Part shown: positions 20,113-30,107 of the stretch, piece by piece
Numbering within the stretch: the first letter of the stretch is position 1
How the letters are laid out: every line of letters starts with the position of its first letter
Origin: Spirochaetales bacterium
GTDB taxonomy: Bacteria; Spirochaetota; Spirochaetia; SZUA-6
Direction of reading: 5' to 3'
Assembly: GCA_027021365.1 (NCBI GenBank)
Contig: JALUUM010000020.1
Location: 204,726 to 268,725, forward strand
Length of the DNA: 64,000 nucleotides
The notes under the pieces: model-generated
Databases searched by the model: none
Told to the model about the DNA's origin: nothing
What the model saw: the letters and a program-made list of their open reading frames with translations, nothing else
Made by a program: the position numbers and the translations under genes

Positions 20113-20119
20113 TATTTAT

Positions 20120-20533
20120 ATGGTACAGTTTTATTTTCTCTCGATAATTGCAAATCTTCTCGGTGGTTTTGCGCTGGCATCAGATTACTTCAGCGAAAAG
20201 TTCAAGGGATTGTCCTCCTTCAAGTCATTCTTTGAAAAGAGAGGAACGAGAATTACCCTTGGTTCCCTCGCACTCATAGTGGGAATATTCAAGTTGATCG
20301 TAAAACCTGTCGGCTGGGCTGTTCCCTTTGTCGGCGATATGTTACCCGCATTCACGGGAATAGCAGTGGGCTTTGTTTTGCTTCTGGATTTTTTCAAGGA
20401 GAAGAGTGAAACGGGCAAGGACAAGTTGGAAAAGGTTGAAAAAACGGTTATGACTTACCGTGTCCCATTGGGTATCTTGAGTGTTGTCGTTGCAATCGTT
20501 CACTTTCTGATTCCGGGAGCTCTTATCCTGTAA
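20120..20533 (+). CDS. Hypothetical 4-TM membrane protein
   Basis: Four hydrophobic helices. No family recognised. Start chosen at the first ATG downstream of the predicted promoter. Confidence 0.5.
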   Translation: MVQFYFLSIIANLLGGFALASDYFSEKFKGLSSFKSFFEKRGTRITLGSLALIVGIFKLIVKPVGWAVPFVGDMLPAFTGIAVGFVLLLDFFKEKSETGKDKLEKVEKTVMTYRVPLGILSVVVAIVHFLIPGALIL

Positions 20534-20539
20534 GTATCC

Positions 20540-22615
20540 CTATTCATTCTCCTTTTCAGCCTTAGCAGCTTTTATTACGTCTTCGGCTATCTTGCCTGTA
20601 ATCGGACTGTAGTGGCTGAATTCCATCTCAAAGGATGCGGTGCCTGATGTGATGGAACGAAGATCTATCGAGTATCTCAACAGTTCCGCCTGAGGTACCT
20701 GTGCCTTGATCTCCTGGATACCGCCCCCTATGGGTTCCTGTCCCAGAACCTTCCCTCTCCTTGAGCTGAGATCGGAAAGAACGTCTCCGAGATACTGATC
20801 CTCCACGAAAACTGAAAGGTTCATTATCGGTTCGAGAAGAACAGGTTTTGCCTTTTCAACGGCGAGTCTTAGTGCTTCCCTTGCAGCGAGTTTGAAAGCA
20901 AGCTCAGAGGAATCTACAGGGTGCTCTTTGCCGTCTACTACCTTGGCTTCAATATCAACAATTGGATATCCGGCAAGAATGCCTGATTCCATTCCTTCGA
21001 GGATTCCCTTTTCAACACCCGGAATATATCCCTTAGATATTGCACCCCCGAAAATTGCATTGACGAATTTGAATTTTTCGCCTCTCGGAAGAGGAGCAAT
21101 TTCAAGTACCACCTTTGCATACTGGCCATGTCCGCCTGTTTGTTTCTTATGAAGGTACTCTGCACCGGAAGGAGCCGTTATTGTTTCCCTGTAAGCTACC
21201 TTTGGTATCCTCGTTTCTATATCGATTTTCTGCTTTTCTTTTATCTTTTCGAGGATTATGGAGATATGCTGCTCACCCATCCCCGAAATTACCGTTTCCT
21301 TTGTTTCCTTGTTGTATGACAGCTTGAATGTAAGATCCTCTTCCATTGCCCTCTGTAACATCTGGTTGAGTTTGTCTTCGTCCTTCTTGGATTTTGCAGA
21401 TATAGCCACAGAGTGAACGGGCTGGGGAATGTCGAGTGGCGGAAACTTTACTGGCCTTTCCGGGGAACAGAGAGAATCATTCGTATTGACTGAAGCGAGT
21501 TTTACGAAGCATCCTATGTCACCTGCAGAAAGTTTATCTACCTCTTCGAGTTTTTTACCCTGGGGCTGATAGACCTTCGATATCTTTTCTTTTTTGTTCG
21601 AATTGACATTTAAAATCTCTGTATCCGGTGATATGGAACCGGAAATCACCTTTATCATGGATATCTTACCGGTAAACTGGTCTATTGTCGTCTTGAACAC
21701 AAAGGAAGCGAATGGTTCCCCTTCATCGAAAGTAACCTTTACTTCCTTTCCGTCGGGGTCGGTAGCCACTACCTCGCCTTCCGGAGAAGGGCTTATCTCA
21801 GACAAGGCATCGAGGAGAGTTTTGATACCGGAATTTAGTAGTACGGAGCCTGCAAAAAGTGGTACCAGCTTGTTTTCGCCCAATGCAACGGTAAGGCCCC
21901 TAATGATTTCATCCCTGCTCAAGGTTTCTTCTTCGAAGTACTTTTCCATAAGGGCATCGTCTCCCTCGGCTGCCGCTTCTATTAGTTGCTGCCGGTATTC
22001 CTGGAAGGTTTCCTTGAGGTCTTCGGGAATATCCGTTGCCTTGGCTTCGTTTCCATCCTTCGGTTCGAGGTATGCCTTTTCATTCAATATGTCTATAATA
22101 CCCCTGTAGTCGTTTCCCTCACCCACAGGTATGCTCAATGGAATGAAAGTCGTTTTGAATTTGTCATTGAGGTCATCGATTGATTTCTGGAAGCTTGCAT
22201 GCTCCTTTTCCAACTTGTTTACAAAAACGAATCTTGGCATTTTACGTTTGTTGAGCCTTCTCCACAGTTTCACTGTTTCTATCTGAACACCGGCATCGGC
22301 TCCTATGAGTACCAGAGCAGATTCAGCGGCTCTGAGAGCTGCAATAACTTCTCCAACGAAATCAGAGGCTCCCGGAGTATCGAGAAAGTTGATCTTCTTA
22401 CCCTTCCACTCTACATGCTCCAGAGATGTGTGTATGGATATTTTCTTGTTTATCTCTTCTTCTGTAAAATCACTTATCGTCTGACCTTTCTCCACGGGTT
22501 CAGGTTTCTGTATCACTCCCCCATTGAAAAGTATGTATTCAACCAGTGAAGTTTTTCCAGTTCCACCATGTCCACATATTGCGATATTCTTTATCAATTC
22601 TCTTGTGAAAGCCAT
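20540..22615 (-). CDS. Elongation factor G-like GTPase, a divergent EF-G paralog
   Basis: G1 is GHGGTGKTS, G3 is DTPG, and G4 reads NKLE instead of NKMD. Domains II-V are colinear with EF-G (GEQHISIILEKI, GGHGQYA..). Confidence 0.8.
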   Translation of the reverse strand: MAFTRELIKNIAICGHGGTGKTSLVEYILFNGGVIQKPEPVEKGQTISDFTEEEINKKISIHTSLEHVEWKGKKINFLDTPGASDFVGEVIAALRAAESALVLIGADAGVQIETVKLWRRLNKRKMPRFVFVNKLEKEHASFQKSIDDLNDKFKTTFIPLSIPVGEGNDYRGIIDILNEKAYLEPKDGNEAKATDIPEDLKETFQEYRQQLIEAAAEGDDALMEKYFEEETLSRDEIIRGLTVALGENKLVPLFAGSVLLNSGIKTLLDALSEISPSPEGEVVATDPDGKEVKVTFDEGEPFASFVFKTTIDQFTGKISMIKVISGSISPDTEILNVNSNKKEKISKVYQPQGKKLEEVDKLSAGDIGCFVKLASVNTNDSLCSPERPVKFPPLDIPQPVHSVAISAKSKKDEDKLNQMLQRAMEEDLTFKLSYNKETKETVISGMGEQHISIILEKIKEKQKIDIETRIPKVAYRETITAPSGAEYLHKKQTGGHGQYAKVVLEIAPLPRGEKFKFVNAIFGGAISKGYIPGVEKGILEGMESGILAGYPIVDIEAKVVDGKEHPVDSSELAFKLAAREALRLAVEKAKPVLLEPIMNLSVFVEDQYLGDVLSDLSSRRGKVLGQEPIGGGIQEIKAQVPQAELLRYSIDLRSITSGTASFEMEFSHYSPITGKIAEDVIKAAKAEKENE

Positions 22616-22644
22616 TAATAACTCCTTGTATAAGGGATTGCATT

Positions 22645-22673
22645 AATATATCTTCATGAATTGGCTTTGTCAA
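22645..22673 (-). promoter_or_regulatory. Putative sigma70 promoter of the EF-G-like gene (TTGACA-17-TATATT) with a 29-nt leader carrying SD AAGGAG
   Basis: Minus strand: -35 at 22673-22668 and -10 at 22650-22645. Confidence 0.45.
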
Positions 22674-22713
22674 GGATACCTCTTAGGTATGAAACCACAG
22701 GAAGACAACTTTG

Positions 22714-22742
22714 TTGACCTCATTGCTGCTAGCTACTAAAAT
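22714..22742 (+). promoter_or_regulatory. Putative sigma70 promoter (TTGACC-17-TAAAAT), 16 nt before ATG 22759, no SD
   Basis: -35 at 22714-22719 and -10 at 22737-22742. Confidence 0.45.
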
Positions 22743-22758
22743 AAGAATGGCCTGAAAA

Positions 22759-24495
22759 ATGGAAGTACTAAATGTCTTTGACAAACTTGTAAAGGAACTC
22801 ACTAATGAGGAGCGTTTAAGACTTCTTGAAAGGATAAAGGAATCATCAAAACAGGCCAATCTCTCTCCATCCTATGAAGTTCCGATGCGAAGTGTGCCCG
22901 GAATAGAGGAGTTTAAATCGGAAGAGGAAAGCAGGAATCTCAATTTTCTTGCAAGACTGTTTGTAACAATTGTTGCACTGATAAAAGGTTTGACTAAAGA
23001 GGAGATTCTAAAGAGGAGGTATCTCGAGAGGATCAGGAAAGCGATTACGAGGCATCATCCCGGGCTTGTGGATTTTAAAAGAAAAACACTTCTCGAGCCT
23101 TTTAAGGAGGAACTGCTTAACCTAAAATCAGCCACAGATTATTTCAGCGAGATAATGAAATGCGCCTTTGCAAGAAAGAGAGAGGGATTTATAGTTTTTA
23201 CTGTCTCAAATCTCTTGCAGGATACCTACTATCGTATAAGGGAGGAAATAGACCCGGATGCAATTGCAGGAGAAGTCGGTTACGGTGACAGAAGCCGGAT
23301 AAAGAAAGAGATGGAGGAGCGCCTTAGGGGAATATTCAGTGATATTTCTGATGCCGAGAGGGAAAAGGTATTGAATCATCTTCTTCCCCTTTACAGTCTC
23401 TACATTCTTGCTAACAGTGATATTTCCCTTATCGTTGCTGCCTTCGAGCGTAATACTGCATCAGGAACCGGAAGTGCCTCTTTTTCTGTTCTCCGGGACA
23501 AACTGGATAAACTCGCTTCGAAATTGAGTGATTTCAAGACAGTTCCGGACCTTGCTGATCTGGAGGCTCTCTTTATCTATTGCAACTCGGAACTCCTAGA
23601 TGATACCGAAGCTGATTTCGACGGCGACCTTGGAAGGTTTCTTTCCGCCTCCCGCGTCATGCTGGAAAGGATCATGGCCTTCAAATCGAATATACCTGTC
23701 GTGGATATTTTGCGGTACATGATGCAAGACCCATTGTATGTTCCTGCAAGTGGCATAAGGTTTGAGAGCTGGTTCAATGACTTCAAGAATTTCTGGAACA
23801 GGTGGGCAACGCTTCGATTCAGGAATTTTTCCCTGCGTATGGAAAAAGAGGATCTACTTGAAGACATAAAGGATTTTCTCGGGAACAGGGATATGGAATT
23901 CATAGAGAATTACAGTGACGAAATATATGCCTACAGATACACCATGGCCCTTATAAACAGTTTCTACAGACAGGTGTTTGTTCCTCATGTGAAAAATCCT
24001 CTGAGGATACTTCATATAAACGGCGACTTTTACAAGGAATCGAACAGAGAACTTTTTACGGACAGTTTCAACTGGTTTGTTGGCATGGAAGAGAAAATCA
24101 TGGATTTCAATTTGATGCTTGCCGAAGGCGGCGCTCTATACGAAGAGTTACGTAAACTGGAGAAGGAGATACTTCCGCCAAATTTGAAGAAAAAAAAGAG
24201 GGAAATAATTACCGGTAAGGCAGATGCGGAGGCGGAAAAAATTATTGAAAAGACACTGGAAAATGTATCTCTGATAAACAGGGTCCTCGAAGGGATTCTC
24301 TACGGAGAGGTGGGCGGTGAGTTCGATACCATTGCTAACTTTGGTAGTATAGGTGGCAAGGGAAATAAGAGGCTCGTTTCCTCCTGGAAGAAAATCCTGG
24401 AGATAAACGACAGGTTCATGCTTCTCCTCAAGAATACACACAGGTGGGAAAGATCATACAGACAGAGCACGATTGACTCTATTGCCCTCCTCTGA
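22759..24495 (+). CDS. Large (578 aa) alpha-helical protein of unknown function, possibly a spirochaete-restricted DUF family
   Basis: Long intact ORF with no catalytic motif recognised. Followed by pgeF after 15 nt. Confidence 0.6.
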   Translation: MEVLNVFDKLVKELTNEERLRLLERIKESSKQANLSPSYEVPMRSVPGIEEFKSEEESRNLNFLARLFVTIVALIKGLTKEEILKRRYLERIRKAITRHHPGLVDFKRKTLLEPFKEELLNLKSATDYFSEIMKCAFARKREGFIVFTVSNLLQDTYYRIREEIDPDAIAGEVGYGDRSRIKKEMEERLRGIFSDISDAEREKVLNHLLPLYSLYILANSDISLIVAAFERNTASGTGSASFSVLRDKLDKLASKLSDFKTVPDLADLEALFIYCNSELLDDTEADFDGDLGRFLSASRVMLERIMAFKSNIPVVDILRYMMQDPLYVPASGIRFESWFNDFKNFWNRWATLRFRNFSLRMEKEDLLEDIKDFLGNRDMEFIENYSDEIYAYRYTMALINSFYRQVFVPHVKNPLRILHINGDFYKESNRELFTDSFNWFVGMEEKIMDFNLMLAEGGALYEELRKLEKEILPPNLKKKKREIITGKADAEAEKIIEKTLENVSLINRVLEGILYGEVGGEFDTIANFGSIGGKGNKRLVSSWKKILEINDRFMLLLKNTHRWERSYRQSTIDSIALL

Positions 24496-24510
24496 TTAAA
24501 TGCAGCAGAT

Positions 24511-25272
24511 ATGAAAGTTACTCGATTGCTTCTTTCAGGTTATTATCGGGGTGGGTATTTCGCGGAGATTCCTCTTGATTCAGGGAATGAGAAACCTAAA
24601 ACGGTCAAAATGCCCAGGGCCCTGTTATCGTTGAAGAGTGCTGGGAATATGTCTGTCAGTAAGATCGAATTCATTGAATCACTTTCCATAGACCCGGAGA
24701 GAGTCTTTTACCTCAAACAGGTACATTCGAAAGAGGTGTATGCGGCAGAGGATATAGCCGGAGCGGAGAGGGGAAGTGTAATCGGAGATGGCCTTGTCTG
24801 TCGGAATAGAGATGATGGTATTATACTTGCCGTAACCGTGGCAGACTGTCTTCCCATATTTATTCTGGACAAGTCCGGAGGAGCCTATGGACTGGTACAC
24901 TCGGGCTGGAAGGGAACGGGGATTGTACTGAATGCGATAGATATCCTTGTTGAAAGATACGGGAGCAAGCCGGATGACTTGAGGGTTGTAATAGGACCGG
25001 GGATTGGTCCTTGCTGTTACAATGTTTCCAAGGAGAGGTACGATCTTTTTATATCGAGTTACGGCAAAGGTTCCGGAGTAGAAGCCGATGGTAATTTCTA
25101 CCTCGATCTGCGGGCGACAAATATCAATCTACTCCATGGAAAGGGGGTAGACGATATCATTGTTATCGATGAATGTACATCCTGTAATGCAAAGCTATGG
25201 TCTTTCAGGAGAGACGGGAAGAATGGTTTTGGCACGATGTTGGCAATGATAGGAGACATAGAGAGTTTATGA
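24511..25272 (+). CDS. pgeF: YfiH/PgeF family (DUF152) purine nucleoside phosphorylase / peptidoglycan editing factor
   Basis: Motifs KQVHS, VADCLPIF, HSGWKGT and GPGIGPCCY. Confidence 0.8.
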   Translation: MKVTRLLLSGYYRGGYFAEIPLDSGNEKPKTVKMPRALLSLKSAGNMSVSKIEFIESLSIDPERVFYLKQVHSKEVYAAEDIAGAERGSVIGDGLVCRNRDDGIILAVTVADCLPIFILDKSGGAYGLVHSGWKGTGIVLNAIDILVERYGSKPDDLRVVIGPGIGPCCYNVSKERYDLFISSYGKGSGVEADGNFYLDLRATNINLLHGKGVDDIIVIDECTSCNAKLWSFRRDGKNGFGTMLAMIGDIESL

Positions 25273-25287
25273 TATAGGGAGAATGGA

Positions 25288-27072
25288 ATGAAGAAGCTCA
25301 AGGAGAGATGGAGAGAGATAGTTTACAGAGCAGTAACGGCTATTGCCGAAAAAAGTGGCTTTGAAACAGGCGAATTGGCCCCGGAAAAGATAATTACCGA
25401 GGTACCACCCGATATGAGGATGGGAGAAATAGCCTTCCCAATGTTTCAGTTTTCAAGGTTGCTTAAAAGTGCCCCAAATGTCATAGCGGAAGAGTGCCTT
25501 TCAGAAATTGAAAAGCTCTCATCGAAGGGAGAGCTCGATCTGAATGAACTTGGATTACCCACGGTAAAGGGGCCGTATTTGAATATCAAGCTGAACAGGG
25601 AAAGTGTAACGGCCAAAACGATAGATGCCGTGAGCAGCGAGGGGAGTGAATACGGTAAAAGTGATATCCTTTCCGGAAAGAGAATCATGATCGAATTTTC
25701 CTGTCCCAATACAAACAAGCCCCTTCATCTGGGACACCTGAGAAATGATGCAATAGGTTTTTCAGTTGCAAATCTGCTGGTGGCATCCGGTGCAACCGTT
25801 AAGAGGGTGAACCTGATAAATGACCGCGGGATACACATTTGCAAGTCGATGGCGGCCTATGAGAGATTCGGGAAGGGAAGCACTCCGGAGAGCGAAGGAA
25901 TAAAAGGGGATCATTTTGTCGGTAAATACTATGTCATGTTCAACGAGTGGGTGTCAAAAGATCCCGAGGCAGAGGCGATAGCACGAGAGATGCTTAAGAA
26001 GTGGGAGAATGGCGATGAGAAGACGATAGCCCTGTGGAAGAAGATGAATAGATGGGCCATAGAGGGAATAAGCCGCACCTACGAGAAGACGGGAATCGGT
26101 TTCGATAAGATATACTACGAGAGTGAAACCTATAAGCTGGGAAAGGATGAAGTATTGAAAGGCCTCGAGGGAGGAATTTTCTACAAAGAAGAGGACGGTT
26201 CCGTGTGGGTCGATCTTACTGAAGAGGGCCTGGATAGGAAGGTACTGTTGAGGAGTGATGGTACCTCTCTCTACCTCACACAGGACATAGGTACGGCAGT
26301 ACAGAGATACAGGGACTGGCCCTTCGACAGGTTGATATATGTCGTAGCATCGGAACAGAACTATCATTTCAAGGTGCTTTTTCTCGTTTTAAAGAAACTC
26401 GGGCACCAGTGGGCTGAAAACTTGTTTCATCTGTCCTATGGAATGGTGAACCTTCCCGAAGGAAAGATGAAATCGAGAGAGGGAAAGGTGGTTGACGCTG
26501 ATGACCTCTTTGAGGAGCTGAAACTTCTTGCACGGGAAGAAATAGGATCCAAGGAGAGAGAGGGTGAAATTGAGGATGCGGAGAAAACCGCAGAAAAGAT
26601 TGCTCTCGGAGCTCTGAATTATTATCTCCTCCAGGTCTCGCCTCAAAAGGATATGGTTTTCTCTCCGGAAGAGTCGATCTCTTTCACGGGAAACACGGGA
26701 CCTTACCTTCAATATACCGGGGCACGAATCTCCAGCATGATTACAAAGTACAGGGAGAGAGAGAGTCGGTACAGGGGAGGACAGTTCAAGGCAGAATTGC
26801 TAGGAGAAGAGGCGGAATGGGAAATAATCAGGCGAATAGCATCTTATCCCGAGATTGTCGAGCAGGCCGCCGAGAATTACAACCCTTCCATATTGGCAGT
26901 TTACCTCTACGAGCTGTGCAAGGCTTACAGCCGCTACTATCATGACTTCCCCGTTCTCCATAACGATGATATAAACCTCGTTGCGTCCAGAATCAAACTG
27001 GCATCTGTTCTGCTAATTGTTTTGAGAAACGGTATGGGGATCCTGGGAATACCCTTCCTTGAAAAGATGTAG
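25288..27072 (+). CDS. argS: Arginine--tRNA ligase
   Basis: Class I HIGH region (PNTNKPLHLGHLRN), ArgRS core, and a DALR anticodon-binding C-terminus ending in M. Confidence 0.92.
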   Translation: MKKLKERWREIVYRAVTAIAEKSGFETGELAPEKIITEVPPDMRMGEIAFPMFQFSRLLKSAPNVIAEECLSEIEKLSSKGELDLNELGLPTVKGPYLNIKLNRESVTAKTIDAVSSEGSEYGKSDILSGKRIMIEFSCPNTNKPLHLGHLRNDAIGFSVANLLVASGATVKRVNLINDRGIHICKSMAAYERFGKGSTPESEGIKGDHFVGKYYVMFNEWVSKDPEAEAIAREMLKKWENGDEKTIALWKKMNRWAIEGISRTYEKTGIGFDKIYYESETYKLGKDEVLKGLEGGIFYKEEDGSVWVDLTEEGLDRKVLLRSDGTSLYLTQDIGTAVQRYRDWPFDRLIYVVASEQNYHFKVLFLVLKKLGHQWAENLFHLSYGMVNLPEGKMKSREGKVVDADDLFEELKLLAREEIGSKEREGEIEDAEKTAEKIALGALNYYLLQVSPQKDMVFSPEESISFTGNTGPYLQYTGARISSMITKYRERESRYRGGQFKAELLGEEAEWEIIRRIASYPEIVEQAAENYNPSILAVYLYELCKAYSRYYHDFPVLHNDDINLVASRIKLASVLLIVLRNGMGILGIPFLEKM

Positions 27073-27084
27073 TTTTGATCTCGC

Positions 27085-27861
27085 CTATCGAATATCAGGA
27101 AGAAGGTCCGTGTAGAGTAGTTTTGAATCGTTGATATCCACAGCGATTCTGCAGAAAGAAAAATCCTTCTTTTCTATGATGAATTTGAAGATTCCCGAAT
27201 TTTCATCCCATTCAACAGGCATGTATCGTTTGTAACCTACAAAGAGAATGGGGGTTATCTTCGCTTTTTTTGTTTTGGATCCCGCGTAGATCGTAGGAAT
27301 CAGGGCCGTGGCAATCAGGCTCGTATCCATGATACCGGTAACCGATACATAACTTATGCCATCTGACTTTTTTAGGGTTACCTTGAGGTTGCGGGTGTAA
27401 TGGGTTGTAAAGAGAATTACATATACCCCGTTAGTTTCATCAATGCCGATTCCCACATGACTCCAAAGAGGGTCGAGAATGACCTCTCTGTGGGTTGTGC
27501 TTTTTATCCAGAGCTTCCAGATGGAATCGAAGTTGTTTCCCGCACCTATGATTTCCCCCACACGCACAGGGGTCCCTCCCTCTCTCCTGTATCTATCCAT
27601 AGCCCTGTTACCCGACTGATCTCTGTGTGAAATGATCCCTCTTGCTCCTAATTGTTTGGCGTATTTCGATGCTGTTGACTCGAGAAGATGATCTCTTTCG
27701 AGTGCATGCAGGGAGTTGGCCTTGCGCAGCTCATTGATTCGAGCAAGAATGCCGATTTTTAAAATGTTTGGTTTTGTCTGGTTTTCCGTCTGGCCTGCCG
27801 TTGCCAGAATTGAAAAAAGCATGGATATAAAAAAAATGCTTGTCCCTTTTAACCTTTTCAT
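27085..27861 (-). CDS. Secreted CAP/SCP (YkwD-like) domain protein with an extra C-terminal domain
   Basis: Signal peptide plus CAP-like motifs (INELRKANSLHAL, SHRDQSG, GEIIGAG, HREVILDPLWSHVGIGI). Confidence 0.65.
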   Translation of the reverse strand: MKRLKGTSIFFISMLFSILATAGQTENQTKPNILKIGILARINELRKANSLHALERDHLLESTASKYAKQLGARGIISHRDQSGNRAMDRYRREGGTPVRVGEIIGAGNNFDSIWKLWIKSTTHREVILDPLWSHVGIGIDETNGVYVILFTTHYTRNLKVTLKKSDGISYVSVTGIMDTSLIATALIPTIYAGSKTKKAKITPILFVGYKRYMPVEWDENSGIFKFIIEKKDFSFCRIAVDINDSKLLYTDLLPDIR

Positions 27862-27926
27862 TGTTAATTTAATTATATATTCTTTTCACCATAAATTACA
27901 TATATCAGATGAGGATCGGTGTTCAG

Positions 27927-29969
27927 ATGGCTGCTATAGAAAAAATTCGTAACATAGGAATTATGGCGCATATAGATGCGGGAAAAACGACAACGACGGA
28001 GAGAATTCTCTACTATACCGGAAAGAGCCACAGGATCGGAGAGGTCGACGATGGCGAAGCGACGATGGACTGGATGAAACAGGAACAGGAACGGGGTATA
28101 ACGATTACCTCTGCATCTACGACATGTTTCTGGAGAGGCTACCAGATAAATATAATCGATACGCCGGGCCATGTAGATTTCACGGCAGAGGTGGAGAGGG
28201 CTTTGAGAGTCCTTGACGGTGCAATAGTGATATTTTCGGCGGTGGAAGGTGTGGAATCCCAGTCCGAAACGGTATGGCATCAGGCCGACAAGTACGAGAT
28301 ACCGAGGGTGGCTTATATCAACAAGATGGACAGGATAGGAGCTGATTTTTACAGGGTATTAAGAGAAATCGAGGAGAAGCTGGGTGTGGTACCCCTCCCG
28401 CTGAACATACCCATGGGTAGGGAGGGTGAATTCAAGGGTGTTATCGATATTCTTGAGATGAAAGAATTGAGGTGGAAGGAAGAAGACCTTGGGAATACTG
28501 TCGAGAAATCTGAGATCGAGGCAGCCCGGGAGAAAGAGGCTGAGAAGTGGAGGGAAAATCTGCTCGATCATCTTGGGAACATCTCTGACAGCATAATGGA
28601 GGCTTATCTCGAGGGGGAAGAGATTAAAAGGAACGATTTGCTCGAAGCAATCAGGAGAGGAACACTGGAGCGACACTTCATCCCTGTCTTCTGCGGGGCA
28701 TCTCTGAGGAATATCGGAGTACAGCCAATACTGGATGCCGTGATAGACTATCTTCCCTCACCAACGGAAGCAAAACCCATTACCGGGCATCACCTCTACA
28801 AGAAGAATGAGGTTGATATCGAATGTTCCAAGGAAGGGCCGCCGCTTGCACTGGTGTTCAAGATACAGCACAGCAGGGAAGCGGGTGCAATGTGCTATAT
28901 AAGGGTCTATTCGGGTGTAATCAAGAATGGGAGCTCGGTGTATAACATCAACAAGAAGAAGAAGGAGAGGATAAACAGGTTACTCAGGATGCATGCCAAC
29001 AGATATACCAAGGAGGAAGCGATTGAAGCCGGTGACATCGCTGTGGCCATAGGGATGAAATTTACCCAGACCGGTGATACCATTGGCTCTGAAAAATACC
29101 CCGTGCTGCTGGAAAGTATGAAATTTCCAGAGCCTGTAATCTCGGTGGCGATCGAGCCTAAGACACTTTCAGAGAGGGATAAACTCTACGATGCTCTGAG
29201 GATCCTGGAGAGGGAAGACCCGACGTTTACCGTAAAGGAAAATGAAGAGACGGGCCAGTTGATCGTTTCCGGAATGGGAGAACTGCACCTCGATGTTCTG
29301 GTAACGAGGATAATGGAAGAGTACAGGGTCGAGGCTAAAGTGGGAAAGCCTCAGGTTTCTTACAGGGAAACCATAACGAAGGTTGTTGAATACCGGGAGA
29401 AGTATCACAGGATGATAGGCGGTAAGGAAAATGCAGCGGATATTCTTCTTAGGGTCCAACCAAGGGAGCGCGGAAGCGGAAATCTTTTCGACTCCATAGT
29501 TGACAAGGAAAAATTACCCAGGGAACTGGTGGAAGCGGTGAAGAGGGGAGTTGAAAATTCCTTCAATTCGGGAATTGTCTATGGATACCCTGTCATAGAT
29601 ACGGAGGTTACCCTGGTCGATGCAAATTACAACCAAAGTACCTCCACTGTATTTGCATACGAAGCTGCCGGCGCCATAGGTTTTGACGAGGCCTGCAGGC
29701 TGGCGGAGCCGGTACTCCTCGAACCGATCATGTCGGTAGAGGTGATGTGCCCGAAGGAATTTGTGGGAGAAGTTATCGGAAACCTCACCAGCAGGGGAGG
29801 TGAGGTGATAAATATAGAGAGCAAGCCTGCAGTTGAGTTGATATATGCAAGGGTACCGCTTGCCAACATGTTTGGCTACTCTACGGCACTTCGTTCTTCC
29901 ACCCAGGGAAGGGGAACCTTTTCCATGGTATTCTCTCATTTCGAGGTGAAGGAAGGGGGGTTCGAGTAG
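27927..29969 (+). CDS. fusA: Elongation factor G (canonical). The ORF-track start at 27909 adds 6 aa.
   Basis: [39 protein letters not shown]. Full five-domain length. Confidence 0.93.
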   Translation: MAAIEKIRNIGIMAHIDAGKTTTTERILYYTGKSHRIGEVDDGEATMDWMKQEQERGITITSASTTCFWRGYQINIIDTPGHVDFTAEVERALRVLDGAIVIFSAVEGVESQSETVWHQADKYEIPRVAYINKMDRIGADFYRVLREIEEKLGVVPLPLNIPMGREGEFKGVIDILEMKELRWKEEDLGNTVEKSEIEAAREKEAEKWRENLLDHLGNISDSIMEAYLEGEEIKRNDLLEAIRRGTLERHFIPVFCGASLRNIGVQPILDAVIDYLPSPTEAKPITGHHLYKKNEVDIECSKEGPPLALVFKIQHSREAGAMCYIRVYSGVIKNGSSVYNINKKKKERINRLLRMHANRYTKEEAIEAGDIAVAIGMKFTQTGDTIGSEKYPVLLESMKFPEPVISVAIEPKTLSERDKLYDALRILEREDPTFTVKENEETGQLIVSGMGELHLDVLVTRIMEEYRVEAKVGKPQVSYRETITKVVEYREKYHRMIGGKENAADILLRVQPRERGSGNLFDSIVDKEKLPRELVEAVKRGVENSFNSGIVYGYPVIDTEVTLVDANYNQSTSTVFAYEAAGAIGFDEACRLAEPVLLEPIMSVEVMCPKEFVGEVIGNLTSRGGEVINIESKPAVELIYARVPLANMFGYSTALRSSTQGRGTFSMVFSHFEVKEGGFE

Positions 29970-29996
29970 GGATGGAATTAGCCCCTTGATTTTACC

Positions 29997-30026
29997 TTGA
30001 CAGTTTCATATTTTTATCTCTAGAAT
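29997..30026 (+). promoter_or_regulatory. Putative sigma70 promoter of ileS (TTGACA-18-TAGAAT)
   Basis: -35 at 29997-30002 and -10 at 30021-30026. The downstream leader ends in SD AGGAGG. Confidence 0.45.
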
Positions 30027-30107
30027 ACCTTTAAGATTTTTTCGTAAGAACTTGAAATAATCAGAGCAAGTTCCAGTTTATACCCATTGATAGAGCAGGA
30101 GGATATC

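Noticed and set aside
20084-20119. N-terminal extensions from TTG/GTG starts in the ORF track (20084, 40432, 42054, 12117, 18284, 45817, 60393, 27909)
   Set aside because: Downstream ATGs fit signal peptides, SD spacing or family N-termini better. At 20084 and 40432 the TTG is the -35 hexamer of a consensus promoter.
25230-25245. Sigma-54-like -24/-12 element TGGCAC-N5-TGGCA, 42 nt upstream of argS
   Set aside because: It lies inside the pgeF coding sequence. The -12 box deviates from TTGC. No enhancer-binding-protein gene or UAS is evident, and argS is an unlikely sigma-54 target. It is probably a chance match.
29970-30107. Possible T-box or riboswitch leader upstream of ileS, and likewise upstream of argS at 25273-25287
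   Set aside because: The leaders are too short (about 80 nt from the predicted TSS for ileS, 15 nt for argS). I see no specifier or antiterminator-like helices.
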